Source: Paracoccaceae bacterium (lineage in GTDB: Bacteria; Pseudomonadota; Alphaproteobacteria; Rhodobacterales; Rhodobacteraceae). From it: a stretch of DNA of 64,000 nt. The translations under genes and the position numbers were made by a program. Of the stretch, positions 9,448 to 20,403 are shown piece after piece. The stretch covers positions 40,932 through 104,931 of the forward strand of contig WGNF01000014.1 in assembly GCA_016124615.1 (NCBI GenBank), given 5' to 3'. Below the pieces are notes generated by a model. That model was not told where the DNA came from. It did not search any database and saw only the letters and a program-made list of their open reading frames with translations. The first letter of the stretch is position 1; each line of letters begins with the position of its first letter.

Positions 9448-9644
9448 CCGACACCGCCCGCGCCGAGGCGCTGCAACTGTTCGACCGCCGGATGCTGGAG
9501 GCGCTGGTCTGCCCGGTGACGCAAGGCCCGCTGGCCTATGACGCCGAGCGGCAGGAGCTGATTTCACGCGATGCGCATCTGGCCTTCCCGATCCGGGGCG
9601 GCATTCCGATCATGCTAGTCAGCGAGTCGCGCGCGGTCGAATAG
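9444..9644 (+). CDS. Trm112/YcaR family protein
   Basis: [13 protein letters not shown]...[12 protein letters not shown]; ATGA overlap. Confidence 0.88.
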   Translation: MTDTARAEALQLFDRRMLEALVCPVTQGPLAYDAERQELISRDAHLAFPIRGGIPIMLVSESRAVE

Positions 9645-9653
9645 CGCCCGGCT

Positions 9654-10880
9654 TCAGACCTCTCGCCCCTGCAGCAGGCGCGGCAGGTCACCTGACAGCC
9701 CGGCCGCCTCGCGGATGAAGCGGCGGCGCAGGCCAGGCAGGGCGTTGACGAGGCCAAGCCCCAGATCGCGGCCCGCGCGCAGGATCGGGTTGTCGTTGGA
9801 AAACAGCCGGTTGACCGTATCCACGCCAAGCGCCAGCGCGGTGGAATCGAACCGCCGCCAGCGTTGATAGCGATCCAGCACGTCCGGCGCGCCGATATCC
9901 TCGCCCCGCCGCCGCGCCTCGATCACCACCTCGGCCAGCGCGCCGACATCGCGCAGCCCGAGGTTCAGGCCCTGCCCGGCAATCGGGTGCACGCCATGTG
10001 CCGCATCACCGACCAGCGCCACCCGGTCGGCCACGAAGCTGTTCGCCAGCGTCAGGTTCAGCGGATAGGTGAACCGCTTGCCCGCGAGGCTGAGTGCGCC
10101 AAGATAGTCGCCCACCCGTTCCCGCAATGCCGCGAGATAACCCGCATCGTCCAGCGCCTGAATCGCGCGGGCGGTTTCGTCACGCTCGCTCCACACGATG
10201 GCGCTGCGGTTGCCGGGCAGCGGCAGGATCGCCAGCGGCCCGGCGGGGGTGAAGAATTGCTGCGCCTGCCCGTTATGCGGAAGCTCATGGCCGATGGCGC
10301 AGACCAGCGCGATCTGGCCATAGCCCCAGCCGGTGCGGGTGATCCCGGCGCGTCGGGCGGTGCCGCTGGCGCGCCCGTCGCAGCCGACCAGCAGGCGGGC
10401 CGAAAGCGTTTGCCCCGAGGCCAGGGTGACGGTGATGCCGCCTTGCGTCACGGCTTGCGCGACCACGGTTTCGCCCGAAACCTGAGTGATGTGCGGCTCG
10501 GCGGCCATTGCGGCGAAGAAGGCGTGGCGCAGATGCCGGTCTTCCAGCATGAAGCCCATCGGGCCCTCTTCCAGCTCGCCATTGGCGAAGTCGAGGAAGA
10601 ACGGCGCCGGCCCCTGACCCACGCGGCCATCCGAGGCGCGGATGCCAAGGATCGGCTGGGCGAGGCTTGCGATGCCGTCCCAGACGCCGATCGCCTTCAG
10701 CAGCCGCTGCGAGGCCAAGGCCAGCGCATAGGCGCGGCCATCAAAGCCGTCATCGGCCCGCGCCGCTTCGGCCAGCGCATCAACGACGGTGACGGTCAGC
10801 CCGCCCTGTGCAAGCGCCAGCGCGAGCGCCGGGCCGTTCAGCCCGCCGCCGATGATCAGGATATCGCTGTCAGGTTCCAT
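9654..10880 (-). CDS. UbiH/UbiL-family FAD-dependent ubiquinone biosynthesis hydroxylase
   Basis: IIGGGLNG, LLVGCDG, GPLAILPL, LVGDAAHGVHPIAGQGLNLGLRD; only the last 408 aa of the 1215-aa ORF are the gene. Confidence 0.9.
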   Translation of the reverse strand: MEPDSDILIIGGGLNGPALALALAQGGLTVTVVDALAEAARADDGFDGRAYALALASQRLLKAIGVWDGIASLAQPILGIRASDGRVGQGPAPFFLDFANGELEEGPMGFMLEDRHLRHAFFAAMAAEPHITQVSGETVVAQAVTQGGITVTLASGQTLSARLLVGCDGRASGTARRAGITRTGWGYGQIALVCAIGHELPHNGQAQQFFTPAGPLAILPLPGNRSAIVWSERDETARAIQALDDAGYLAALRERVGDYLGALSLAGKRFTYPLNLTLANSFVADRVALVGDAAHGVHPIAGQGLNLGLRDVGALAEVVIEARRRGEDIGAPDVLDRYQRWRRFDSTALALGVDTVNRLFSNDNPILRAGRDLGLGLVNALPGLRRRFIREAAGLSGDLPRLLQGREV

Positions 10881-10964
10881 ACACGGCAATATGGCCGCCT
10901 TGGCGGGATTGTCCATGCGCCGCTGTGCCGCTACCGTCGCGCCGGTCAGCGGCAGGAGGCGGGA

Positions 10965-12323
10965 ATGGTGGCAGCGTGGCTGGAAATGACGGCGGCGGAC
11001 CTCGGGCGCGGGATCGCGGCCGGAGAAATCAGCCCGGTGGCGCTGACCGAGACGTTTCTGGACGCGATCCGGGGCCATCAGCACCGCGACCGCATCTATG
11101 CCCGCCTGACCGAAAGCCGCGCGCTGGCAGAAGCTGCAGCGGCGCACGACCGCGCCAAAGCGGGGCTGCGGCGCGGTCTGCTGGACGGCGTGCCGCTGAG
11201 CTGGAAGGACCTTTTCGACACGGCGGGTGTGGCGACCGAGGCAGGATCGGCGCTGCTGGCCGGGCGAATGCCGCATCGTGATGCGCGCGTCCTGCGCAAT
11301 GCGACGGCGGCGGGGCTGATCTGTCTGGGCAAGACGCACATGTCGGAACTTGCCTTTTCCGGCCTCGGGTTGAACCCGATCACCGCCACGCCACCCTGCA
11401 TCAACGATGCGGCGGCGGTGCCCGGCGGATCGTCGTCGGGGGCGGCGGCCTCGGTCGCCTTCGGGCTCGCCCCGGCGGCAATCGGGTCGGATACTGGCGG
11501 ATCGGTGCGCATCCCGGCCGCCTGGAATGACCTTGTCGGGCTGAAAACCACGGCCGGGCGGGTCTCGGCCGAGGGGGTGGTGCCGCTGGTCGAAAGCTTC
11601 GACACCGTCGGCCCGCTGACCCGCAGCGTCGAGGATGCGGCCTTGTTGCTTGCAGTGCTGGAAGGCGGAAAACCCGCCGACCTGCGCGGCGCGCAGCTGA
11701 AGGGCGCGCGGCTGATGGTGCTGGAAACGACGGCGCTGGAGCATTTGCGCGATGCCCCGCGCCGGGGCTTCGAGATGGCAGTGGCGGCGCTGCGCGATGC
11801 CGGTGCGCTGGTCGAGGCGCGCCCGGTGCCAGAAGTCGACGAGGCGCTGGTGCTGTCGGCGGCGCTGTTCAACGCCGAGGCCAACGCAATCTGGCGCGAC
11901 ACCATCGCCGCCGCGCCGGAAAAGATGTTCGCGCGCATCCGCGAGCGGTTCGACAGCGGCGCCGCAATCTCTGGCCCCGATCACGTCGCCGCGTGGCGGC
12001 GGATGCGGGTCTTGCGCGCGATCTGGGCCGAACGGGTGGCGGGCTATGATGCTGTGCTGCTGCCGACCTCTGCCATCCTGCCGCCCGAGGTGGACCGGCT
12101 GATGACCGACGCCGATTACTACGTCACCGAAAATCTGCTGACCCTGCGCAACACGCGCATTGGCAACCTCTTCGGCCTGTGCGCGCTGACGCTGCCGACC
12201 GGTGTGTCCTCGACCGGGCTGATGCTGATGGGCGCGCCCTTTGGCGAGGAACGCCTGCTGCGGCTGGGGGCCGCGGCCGAGGCGGCGCTTGGGGTCCGGC
12301 GAAAAAGCCACAATCCCGGCTGA
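10965..12323 (+). CDS. Amidase signature family protein
   Basis: GVPLSWKDLFD, PGGSSSGAA, IGSDTGGSVRIPAAW. Confidence 0.92.
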   Translation: MVAAWLEMTAADLGRGIAAGEISPVALTETFLDAIRGHQHRDRIYARLTESRALAEAAAAHDRAKAGLRRGLLDGVPLSWKDLFDTAGVATEAGSALLAGRMPHRDARVLRNATAAGLICLGKTHMSELAFSGLGLNPITATPPCINDAAAVPGGSSSGAAASVAFGLAPAAIGSDTGGSVRIPAAWNDLVGLKTTAGRVSAEGVVPLVESFDTVGPLTRSVEDAALLLAVLEGGKPADLRGAQLKGARLMVLETTALEHLRDAPRRGFEMAVAALRDAGALVEARPVPEVDEALVLSAALFNAEANAIWRDTIAAAPEKMFARIRERFDSGAAISGPDHVAAWRRMRVLRAIWAERVAGYDAVLLPTSAILPPEVDRLMTDADYYVTENLLTLRNTRIGNLFGLCALTLPTGVSSTGLMLMGAPFGEERLLRLGAAAEAALGVRRKSHNPG

Positions 12324-12422
12324 CAAGCGACGGCGGCGCCTGCGTTTTTCTGGACCACGGGGGATTTGGGCGGTATCGTTGCAATCAATCGGGGCGACAT
12401 GACCCTGAAATTGAGGCAGCAG

Positions 12423-13604
12423 ATGAATTTCCCTGAACGGTTCTCGGACCTGCCAGAATACGCTTTCCCGCGCCTGCGCGGGCTGCTCGACTCGCACGCC
12501 CCCGGCGGCGAGGCGATCGCCATGACCATTGGCGAGCCGCAACATGCCGCCCCCGGTTTCGTGGGCGAGGTGCTGGCGGCGAATCTGGGTGGCTTCGGGA
12601 AGTATCCGCCGAATGACGGCACGCCGGAACTGCTTGCCACCATCGCGGGCTGGCTGAACCGGCGCTATGGCGTGACGCTGGACCCCGCGCGGCAGATCAT
12701 GGCGCTGAACGGCACGCGTGAGGGGTTGTTCAACGCGCTGATCGCGATCTGCCCCGAGGCCAAGCATGGCTGCCGCCCGGTGGTGTTGACGCCGAACCCG
12801 TTCTATCAGGTCTATGCCGTCGCCGCGCTGGCCGTGGATGCCGAGCCGGTCTACGTGCCCGCGACCGCCGCCACCGGCTTTCTGCCCGACTACACCAGCC
12901 TGCCCGCCGAGGTGCTGGACCGGGTGGCCGTCGCCTACCTCTGTTCGCCATCCAACCCGCAGGGGGCGGTGGCGTCGCGCGACTATCTGGCCGCGCTGAT
13001 CCGGCTGGCCGAGGCGCATGACTTCGTGATCTTCGCCGACGAATGCTATTCCGAGATCTACCGCGACACCGCCCCGGTGGGCGCGTTGCAGGTGGCGGCC
13101 GAGATTGGTGCCGACCCGGAACGGGTGTTCGCGTTCCATTCGTTGTCGAAGCGATCGAACCTGCCGGGGCTGCGGTCGGGCTTCGTCGCGGGTGGGCCGC
13201 AGGGCATGGCGCGGATCAAGCAGTTGCGCAACTATGCCGGTGCGCCGCTGCCGCTGCCGTTGCAGCGCGTGGCCGAACGCGCCTGGGCCGACGAGGCGCA
13301 TGTGGTGGAAAACCGCGCGCTGTATCAGGACAAGTTCCGCGTCGCCGATGAGGTCTTTGCCGGGTTGCAGGGCTTCAAGGGGCCGGAGGGCGGCTTCTTC
13401 CTGTGGCTGCCGGTCGAGGATGGCGAGGCCGCGGCGCTGCAGCTGTGGCAGGAAACCGGGGTGCGGGTGCTGCCCGGCGCCTATCTCAGCCGGGCGGTTG
13501 ACGGTGACAATCCGGGCAAGGGTTATATTCGCGTCGCGATGGTGGCGCCAAAAGAAGAGATGCAGCGCGGGCTGATCCGGCTTCGCGACTGTCTTTATCG
13601 GTGA
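12423..13604 (+). CDS. Class I/II PLP aminotransferase (DapC-like)
   Basis: [40 protein letters not shown] (PLP Lys). Confidence 0.88.
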   Translation: MNFPERFSDLPEYAFPRLRGLLDSHAPGGEAIAMTIGEPQHAAPGFVGEVLAANLGGFGKYPPNDGTPELLATIAGWLNRRYGVTLDPARQIMALNGTREGLFNALIAICPEAKHGCRPVVLTPNPFYQVYAVAALAVDAEPVYVPATAATGFLPDYTSLPAEVLDRVAVAYLCSPSNPQGAVASRDYLAALIRLAEAHDFVIFADECYSEIYRDTAPVGALQVAAEIGADPERVFAFHSLSKRSNLPGLRSGFVAGGPQGMARIKQLRNYAGAPLPLPLQRVAERAWADEAHVVENRALYQDKFRVADEVFAGLQGFKGPEGGFFLWLPVEDGEAAALQLWQETGVRVLPGAYLSRAVDGDNPGKGYIRVAMVAPKEEMQRGLIRLRDCLYR

Positions 13605-13618
13605 GGGCGAAAACAGGT

Positions 13619-16552
13619 ATGGCGTCGTATCAGATCAGGCAGCGCGATCCGCTTCTGGACCAGAACATGCAGGCCGTGCTGGAACGGCGCGGCAAGGAAT
13701 TGCTTGGCCTCGTGTTGATCGGCGTCGGGCTGATCGCGGTGATGCTGCTGGGCTCTTACGCTCCGGGCGACCCGGGGTGGATGGCCGACACCCATGCCCC
13801 GGTGCAGAACCTGCTGGGCCGGGTCGGGGCCACCATCGCCTCGCCGCTGATCATGATCGTCGGGCGGGGGGCCTGGGGTGTGCCGCTGATCCTGCTGGCC
13901 TGGGGCGCGCGGCTGGTCAGCCACCACGGCGAGGACCGGGCGATGAACCGGGTGATCTTTGCGCCGATCGGGATCGCGCTGGGGTCGGTCTTTGCCTCGA
14001 CCCACACGCCCTCGGCCGACTGGGGGCAGGCATTCGGGCTGGGCGGGTTGTTCGGCGATACCGTGCTGGGCACGCTGGTCGGCATGGTTCCGTTCGGCGT
14101 CGCCTTCGCACTGAAGTTCCTGTCGGTGATGACCGGGATCGCGTTCCTTGCGATGATGCTGTTCGTGCTGGGCTGCGACATGGCCGAACTGCGGCTGGGC
14201 GGGCGGTTCCTGCTGGTCGGCACGATCCGCAGCTATGACATGCTGCTGCGCCTGTTGCAGCGTGGCGCGGTGGGCACCGTCCATGTCGCCCAGATCGGTG
14301 CGGCCGGGTCGCTGAAGGCGGCGCAACGGGTGCAGGAACGCCAGCGCGCCCGCCGCGCGACGATGCCCGAGGATGCCGACGGGCTGACGCCCGCGCCGCT
14401 GTCGGCCCGCGGCGCGACGCTGCGCGCCGCCGCCGCAAGCCAGACTCATTGGGAGGCGCCGCCGCAGCCCGCCCCGGCGCCCGCGCCGCGCGCCTCGTTC
14501 CTGAGCCGGATGCCCGCGCTGGTGAAGCGCGCGCCGGAGCCAGAGCCCGAACTGGTCGAGCCGTCGTTCCCCGAAGGCGACTATGGCGACGGGCCGAGCG
14601 AAGACCGCATCCGCGCCCGCATCGCCTATGCCATCAACGCCCGTTCCCGGGTGGAACCGCCGGTGCAGGCCGCGCCGCGGGATGAGGTGAAGCCGCGCTT
14701 TCGCGGTGCGAAGCCGCTGGTGGCCGATACCCGCGCCGCGCCGCCGATGCAGCCCGCCCCGCTGGGCCGCGTGGAACCGCCGGTGGCGGCCCGGATGCCG
14801 CTGTCGATGCCGCTTCCGCCACAGCCCGCGGTGACGTCGGCGGCGCCGTTCATCGAAATGCCCGACGAGGAAGAGGCGTTCGACCGCTTCGACGATGAAG
14901 AGGCGCCGGTGGAAATGGCGCGCTTCGTGCCGCAGGCGCCCGAGGCGCGCCGCGTGGTGCAACCGGCGGCGCGCAAACCCGCCGCGCCGTCGCGGCAGGC
15001 GCAATCCGAAGCGCAGCCGCGGCTGATGTTCGATGACGCCGCCCCCGCCTACCAGACTCCGCCACTGGGCCTGCTGACCAACCCGATCGAGATCAAGCGC
15101 CACCACCTGCCGCAGGACGCGCTGGAGGAAAACGCCCGGATGCTGGAATCCGTGCTGGACGATTACGGCGTGAAGGGTGAGATCGTGTCGGTCCGCCCGG
15201 GCCCGGTCGTCACCCAGTATGAACTGGAACCGGCACCGGGGCTGAAGGCTAGCCGGGTGATTGGCCTTGCCGACGATATCGCGCGCAGCATGTCGGCGCT
15301 GTCGGCGCGCGTTTCCACCGTGCCGGGGCGTTCTGTGATCGGCATCGAACTGCCCAACGCCGTGCGTGAAAAGGTGGTGCTGCGCGAGATTCTGTCGGCG
15401 CGCGATTTCGGTGACAGCAACATGCGGTTGCCGCTGGCGCTGGGGAAAGACATCGCGGGCGAGCCGGTGATCGCCAACCTTGCCAAGATGCCCCACTTGC
15501 TGATCGCGGGCACCACCGGCTCGGGCAAGTCGGTCGCGATCAACACGATGATCCTCAGCCTGCTTTACAAGTTGTCGCCCGAGGAATGCCGGTTGATCAT
15601 GATCGACCCGAAGATGCTGGAACTCAGCGTCTACGACGGCATCCCGCATCTGCTTTCCCCGGTCGTCACCGACCCCAAGAAGGCGGTCGTCGCCCTCAAA
15701 TGGGTGGTGGGCGAGATGGAGGAACGCTATCGCAAGATGTCCAAGATGGGCGTGCGCAACATCGAGGGCTACAACGGGCGCGTGCGTGAGGCGCTGGCGA
15801 AGAACGAGATGTTCCGCCGCACGATCCAGACCGGCTTTGACGACGAAACCGGGGATCCGGTGTTCGAGACCGAGGAGTTCGCGCCCGTCACGATCCCTTA
15901 CATCGTCGTCATCGTCGACGAGATGGCCGACCTGATGATGGTGGCGGGCAAGGAAATCGAGGCCTGCATCCAGCGTCTGGCGCAGATGGCGCGGGCGTCG
16001 GGTATCCACCTGATCATGGCGACGCAGCGCCCTTCAGTCGACGTCATCACCGGCACGATCAAGGCGAACTTCCCGACCCGGATCAGCTTTCAGGTGACAT
16101 CGAAGATCGACAGCCGCACCATTCTGGGCGAGCAGGGGGCCGAGCAACTGCTGGGTATGGGCGACATGCTCTACATGGCCGGCGGCGCCAAGATCACTCG
16201 CATCCACGGCCCCTTCGTCAGCGACGAAGAGGTCGAGGAGATCGTGAACCACCTGAAGTCCTATGGCCCGCCGGAATACATGTCGGGCGTGGTCGAGGGG
16301 CCGGAGGATGACAAGGCCGACGACATCGACATGGTGCTGGGCCTTGGCGGCGACGGCAGCGACGACGCGCTTTACGATCAGGCGGTGGCGGTGGTGCTGA
16401 AGGATCGCAAATGCTCCACCTCCTACATCCAGCGCAAGCTTGGCATCGGCTACAACAAGGCCGCCAAACTGGTCGAGCAGATGGAGGATCAGGGCCTCGT
16501 GACCACCGCGAACCATGTCGGCAAGCGCGAGATTCTGGTGCCGGAGCAGTAA
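13619..16552 (+). CDS. ftsK: DNA translocase FtsK
   Basis: N-terminal 4-TM domain, Pro/Ala linker, GTTGSGKS Walker [11 protein letters not shown]-terminal gamma domain [17 protein letters not shown]. Confidence 0.97.
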   Translation: MASYQIRQRDPLLDQNMQAVLERRGKELLGLVLIGVGLIAVMLLGSYAPGDPGWMADTHAPVQNLLGRVGATIASPLIMIVGRGAWGVPLILLAWGARLVSHHGEDRAMNRVIFAPIGIALGSVFASTHTPSADWGQAFGLGGLFGDTVLGTLVGMVPFGVAFALKFLSVMTGIAFLAMMLFVLGCDMAELRLGGRFLLVGTIRSYDMLLRLLQRGAVGTVHVAQIGAAGSLKAAQRVQERQRARRATMPEDADGLTPAPLSARGATLRAAAASQTHWEAPPQPAPAPAPRASFLSRMPALVKRAPEPEPELVEPSFPEGDYGDGPSEDRIRARIAYAINARSRVEPPVQAAPRDEVKPRFRGAKPLVADTRAAPPMQPAPLGRVEPPVAARMPLSMPLPPQPAVTSAAPFIEMPDEEEAFDRFDDEEAPVEMARFVPQAPEARRVVQPAARKPAAPSRQAQSEAQPRLMFDDAAPAYQTPPLGLLTNPIEIKRHHLPQDALEENARMLESVLDDYGVKGEIVSVRPGPVVTQYELEPAPGLKASRVIGLADDIARSMSALSARVSTVPGRSVIGIELPNAVREKVVLREILSARDFGDSNMRLPLALGKDIAGEPVIANLAKMPHLLIAGTTGSGKSVAINTMILSLLYKLSPEECRLIMIDPKMLELSVYDGIPHLLSPVVTDPKKAVVALKWVVGEMEERYRKMSKMGVRNIEGYNGRVREALAKNEMFRRTIQTGFDDETGDPVFETEEFAPVTIPYIVVIVDEMADLMMVAGKEIEACIQRLAQMARASGIHLIMATQRPSVDVITGTIKANFPTRISFQVTSKIDSRTILGEQGAEQLLGMGDMLYMAGGAKITRIHGPFVSDEEVEEIVNHLKSYGPPEYMSGVVEGPEDDKADDIDMVLGLGGDGSDDALYDQAVAVVLKDRKCSTSYIQRKLGIGYNKAAKLVEQMEDQGLVTTANHVGKREILVPEQ

Positions 16553-16555
16553 CGC

Positions 16556-16861
16556 CTAACCGCGCGTCCACTTCAGCGTCAGGCTCGCCTCGGCCTTGGC
16601 ATCGGCGAAGATGACGTGGCCCGAGCCGGAAACGGTCAGGCCCACGTCGATCTCGGACAGTTTCAGGCCCTTGTCGGCGCTGGGCTTGCTGTCGGCAAGG
16701 ATGGCGTCGATCGCCTGCTTGATGCCCGCCCAGCTATCGAGGAAGGCCTGACCCGACACGCCCTTGGCGGTGGCGGGCAGACGCAGGAACGACAAGTCAT
16801 CAAGGCTGGTCGCGCGGGCGGTCGCCTCGTCGTGAACGTAAAGCGTGAAACTGTCGGGCAT
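16556..16861 (-). CDS. Small Pepco/Trypco-like (peptidase co-occurring) domain protein
   Basis: 101 aa, GGAG RBS, normal codon usage; C-terminal LKLSEIDVGLTVSGSGHVIFADAKAEASLTLKWTR fits the recalled Pepco/Trypco pattern. Confidence 0.6.
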   Translation of the reverse strand: MPDSFTLYVHDEATARATSLDDLSFLRLPATAKGVSGQAFLDSWAGIKQAIDAILADSKPSADKGLKLSEIDVGLTVSGSGHVIFADAKAEASLTLKWTRG

Positions 16862-16984
16862 CGCAGGGCTCCGGGTTGTGGGATGCCTCATCATAGCATG
16901 GCGGGGCGGCAGATCGCCGCCTTATGATCGCGCGTGCAGCGGCGGGGGATGGCAACGCGGCGTCCGCGTGGTTACATCGGCGCC

Positions 16985-17590
16985 ATGACCCGTATCCGAT
17001 CCCTTCTCGTCGCCCTGACGTTCGCCCTGTTGCCCGCCGCCGTGGCCGCGCAAGAGATTCCGCTGGCTGATCTGTCGGCCTATCTCAACAGCCTGACCAC
17101 GGCCGAGGCGAGCTTCAGCCAGCAGAACGCCGATGGCTCGGTCTCCACCGGGCATCTTTACATCCACCGGCCCGGCCGCGCGCGCTTTGAATACGATCCG
17201 CCGGATCGCAGTCTGGTGATCGCAAGTTCGGGCACGGTCGGGGTGTTCGATCCGAAGTCGAATACACCGCCCGCCCAGTATCCGCTGGGTCGCACGCCGC
17301 TGAACCTGATCCTTGCGCGCAACATCGACCTGTCGCAGGCGCGCATGGTGGTGTCGCATCAGGCCGTGGGGGATCGCACGGTCGTGGTGGCGGAGGACCC
17401 CGACCATCCGGAATACGGCACCATCGCGCTGGTGTTCAGCGCCGACCCGATCGCGCTGCGGCAATGGGTGGTGACCGACGATTCCGGGGGGCAGACCACC
17501 GTCACCCTGTCGAAACTGACGACGGGCGGCGTGATGCGCGATTCCCTCTTCGACATGACCGCCGAGGCCGAGCGGCGCGCCGGGCGTTAG
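16985..17590 (+). CDS. lolA: Outer-membrane lipoprotein carrier LolA
   Basis: Signal peptide, ASFSQ, IHRPGRARFEYDPP, TPLNLIL, LRQWVVTD; follows ftsK. Confidence 0.9.
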   Translation: MTRIRSLLVALTFALLPAAVAAQEIPLADLSAYLNSLTTAEASFSQQNADGSVSTGHLYIHRPGRARFEYDPPDRSLVIASSGTVGVFDPKSNTPPAQYPLGRTPLNLILARNIDLSQARMVVSHQAVGDRTVVVAEDPDHPEYGTIALVFSADPIALRQWVVTDDSGGQTTVTLSKLTTGGVMRDSLFDMTAEAERRAGR

Positions 17591-18168
17591 CGGATGCCGC
17601 AGGACTGCAGCTGCCCGGCGTAGAGGTCGGACCGCACCTGCACCTTGGCCGCCACGGCGATCAGCCAGCTTTTGCTGGCATAAGAGCGCTGCTGAAAGCC
17701 TGCGATGCCGTCGTGATAGGCCAGATACTGGTCGCGCGCGTCGGTTTTGGGGATACCCGCTGAACGGCTCGCCTTGTCCATGTACCAGCCCATGAAGTCG
17801 GTCGCGTCGCGGATGTTCTTGCGGTTGGCGCCGTAGTTGCCGGTCTCTCGCTTGTAGTCTTCCCAGGTCGAGTCCAGCACCTGCGCATAGCCAAGCGCCG
17901 AGGAGGCCCGGCCCATCGGGATCACGCCCAGGGCAAAGCGGTAGGGCGTGCGGGCATTGCCGACGAACTTCGATTCCTGATGGATGGTCGCCAGCTGAAC
18001 GTTGATCGGCACGCCCCAGCGGCGTTCGGTGGTGCGCATGGCGCGCAGATAGCTTGGCCGCTCGCGCACGATGGCGCAGGCGTCATCGAGATTGCTGGGG
18101 GGCGAATAGTTCGCCCCGCAGGATGCGAGAATCAATAGCAGCGACGCTGCACGAAGAAACCTGCTCAT
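17587..18168 (-). CDS. Lytic transglycosylase (SLT-like) lipoprotein
   Basis: Lipobox LASC, IHQESKF (catalytic Glu), SSALGYAQ, YLAYHDG. Confidence 0.85.
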   Translation of the reverse strand: MSRFLRAASLLLILASCGANYSPPSNLDDACAIVRERPSYLRAMRTTERRWGVPINVQLATIHQESKFVGNARTPYRFALGVIPMGRASSALGYAQVLDSTWEDYKRETGNYGANRKNIRDATDFMGWYMDKASRSAGIPKTDARDQYLAYHDGIAGFQQRSYASKSWLIAVAAKVQVRSDLYAGQLQSCGIR

Positions 18169-18396
18169 CTGCCTCACATGCTCTTGTTTTGTGGTGACGA
18201 TACGGGAAAACGCCGCGCGTGGAAATGGTCGCGGTGCAGGCCGCGTGAAATTGACTCACTTTTGCCGCGCGACCGTTCTGCGCGCATTTGCCCAACTGTC
18301 GGGCAGCGGACCACAATCGCCCCCGGCTTTTTCTTGGTCGGCGGATGGACAAGCGCGGGCCTGCGGGATTAGTAAACACCTGTGGGGGACGATGCG

Positions 18397-18723
18397 ATGC
18401 AGACCGCGCAGGCGAAATATCATATCGGGCAGGTGCTTCGGCACCGCAAACACCCGTTCCGCGGTGTCGTGTTCGACGTCGATGCCATGTTCTCGAACAC
18501 CGAGGATTGGTATCAGGCGATCCCGGAAGAAAGCCGCCCGTCGAAGGACCAGCCGTTCTACCACCTTCTGGCCGAAAACGATCAGAGCTACTACGTGGCC
18601 TATGTGTCAGAGCAGAATCTGGTGCCCGACGAAACTGGCGAGCCGGTCGACCACCCGGATCTGCCCGATTTGTTCGGCGATTTCGAAGACGGCCGCTATC
18701 CGCTGCAATTCGTGCTGAACTAA
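18397..18723 (+). CDS. hspQ: Heat shock protein HspQ
   Basis: KYHIGQVLRHRKHPFRGVVFDVD, QPFYHLLAEN, YVSEQNL. Confidence 0.92.
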   Translation: MQTAQAKYHIGQVLRHRKHPFRGVVFDVDAMFSNTEDWYQAIPEESRPSKDQPFYHLLAENDQSYYVAYVSEQNLVPDETGEPVDHPDLPDLFGDFEDGRYPLQFVLN

Positions 18724-18769
18724 GGCGTCGCGCGGCGCCCGGCGGTTTCCCGCGGGCGCCTGCGTTTGT

Positions 18770-20350
18770 TCAGTAACCCAGCGCGCAGCCATCCTTGCGC
18801 GGGTCCGACGCGCCTTCCAGCACACCCGTTTTGGCATTGATCCGGATCGCCTGCGCGCCGCCGATCGGCTGATCGGGCACGCGAACATCGTGCCCCATCG
18901 CCGCCAGTTCGGCCCGCACGCTGTCGGGATAGCCGCGTTCCACCTGCATCCCCTCGGCGCCGGAAAAGCTGCGCGGCGCGTCAAGCGCCTCCTGCAGGTC
19001 CATCCCGTAGGTGACAAGGTTGGTCACGACGCGGGCATGGCCGTTCGGCTGATAGGCGCCACCCATCACGCCAAACGGCATCTCGACCTTGCCGCCACGC
19101 CGCAGCATCGCAGGGATGATGGTGTGCATCGGGCGCTTGCCGCCCCCGGCCTCGTTCGGGTGCCCCTCGGCCAGCGTGAAGCCCGCGCCGCGGTTCTGGA
19201 AGTTGATGCCGAACTTCGACGAGGCCAGACCGCAGCCGAAATCGTGAAAGACCGAGTAGATCAGCGACACCGCCATCCGGTCGCGGTCGACCACGGTCAG
19301 GTAGACCGTTTCGCGATGCACCGCCTCGCTGAGCTTTTCCGGGCCTGTCATCGCCCGCTTGGGGTCGATCAGCGCGGCAAGCCGCGCCGCCGTGTCGGGG
19401 GCCAGCATATGGGCCAGCCGCGTGGTGCGATCGGGGTCGGCGATGAAACGGTTGCGGGCGTCATAGGCCAGCTTGGCCGCCTCGGCCTCCAGATGTGCGC
19501 GGGCGGCGCCGAACGGGGCCAGCGCGGCCAGATCGAAATGGCTCAGGATGTTCAGCATCAGAAGCGCAGTCGCGCCCTGGCCATTCGGCGGATGCTCCAC
19601 CAGTTCGACGCCCTTGTAGGCGCCGCTGATCGGGTCGGCGTAGTCGCAGGCGGTCGCCGCGAAATCCTCGAGCGTGTGAACTCCGCCAAGGGCATTCAGC
19701 GAGGTCACCATATCCGCCGCCACTTCGCCCTCATAGAACCCGGCGCGACCCTCCTTGGCGATGCGGCGCAGCACCTCGGCCTGACCGGGGGCACGGAACA
19801 CCTGGCCCACCGTCGGGGCCTTGCCGTCGAGCAGATAGAAATCCCGCGCCGCGCCTTGCAGCGACCCGGCATACTGCGCCCAGTCCTGCGCCGTGCGCGG
19901 GGCGACCGGCACGCCTTCCTCTGCCGCGCGGATCGCCGGGGCCAGGCTGGCGGCCAGGCCCAGCCGCCCCCAATCGGCCGAAAGGCGGCAGAAGGCATCG
20001 ACGGCGCCTGGAACATTCGCCGCGTCGGCAGTGTCCAGCGGTACCGCCGCCAATCCGCGCCCGCGCAATTCGGCCGCCGACAATCCCCTGGGTGCGCGGC
20101 CCGAGCCGTTCAGCGCCACGATCCGCTCTTCCCCCGCGGGTTTCAGCAGCACGAAGCAGTCGCCACCGATTCCGGTCATCATCGGCTCGCACAGGCCCAG
20201 CAACACCGCGGCGCCGATGGCGGCATCGACGGCGTTGCCGCCGGCCTGCAGGATGTCGATGGCTGTGCGGCTGGCCAGCGGATGGGACGTGGCGGCCATG
20301 CCGTTCAGGGCATAGACCGACGACCGGCCAGGATGTTGGAAATCACGCAT
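18770..20350 (-). CDS. ggt: Gamma-glutamyltransferase
   Basis: GGNAVDAA, TGIGGD, ETVYLTVVD (nucleophile Thr), KRPMHTIIP, GVMGG, SDPRKDG. Confidence 0.92.
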   Translation of the reverse strand: MRDFQHPGRSSVYALNGMAATSHPLASRTAIDILQAGGNAVDAAIGAAVLLGLCEPMMTGIGGDCFVLLKPAGEERIVALNGSGRAPRGLSAAELRGRGLAAVPLDTADAANVPGAVDAFCRLSADWGRLGLAASLAPAIRAAEEGVPVAPRTAQDWAQYAGSLQGAARDFYLLDGKAPTVGQVFRAPGQAEVLRRIAKEGRAGFYEGEVAADMVTSLNALGGVHTLEDFAATACDYADPISGAYKGVELVEHPPNGQGATALLMLNILSHFDLAALAPFGAARAHLEAEAAKLAYDARNRFIADPDRTTRLAHMLAPDTAARLAALIDPKRAMTGPEKLSEAVHRETVYLTVVDRDRMAVSLIYSVFHDFGCGLASSKFGINFQNRGAGFTLAEGHPNEAGGGKRPMHTIIPAMLRRGGKVEMPFGVMGGAYQPNGHARVVTNLVTYGMDLQEALDAPRSFSGAEGMQVERGYPDSVRAELAAMGHDVRVPDQPIGGAQAIRINAKTGVLEGASDPRKDGCALGY

Positions 20351-20374
20351 ATGTCTTCTCCCGTGTTGGCGGGA

Positions 20375-20403
20375 GCCTAGGCGCGTGGCCGCGGATTTCC
20401 AAG
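20375..20403 (-). promoter_or_regulatory. Putative RpoH-family promoter of ggt
   Basis: CTTGGA-N16-CCTAGGC on the minus strand about 25 nt before the ggt start. Confidence 0.4.

Noticed and set aside
9654-13301. 1215-aa minus-strand ORF
   Set aside because: Only the last 408 aa (from 10880) are the UbiH/L hydroxylase; the rest is a stop-free antisense shadow of the amidase and aminotransferase genes, common in 70% GC DNA.
13595-16009. 804-aa ORF antisense to ftsK, and similar long antisense ORFs over pnp (33797-35983), purH (50712-52760) and mutL (52832-54676)
   Set aside because: These are shadow frames of strongly biased GC-rich genes with no recognisable motifs or RBS.
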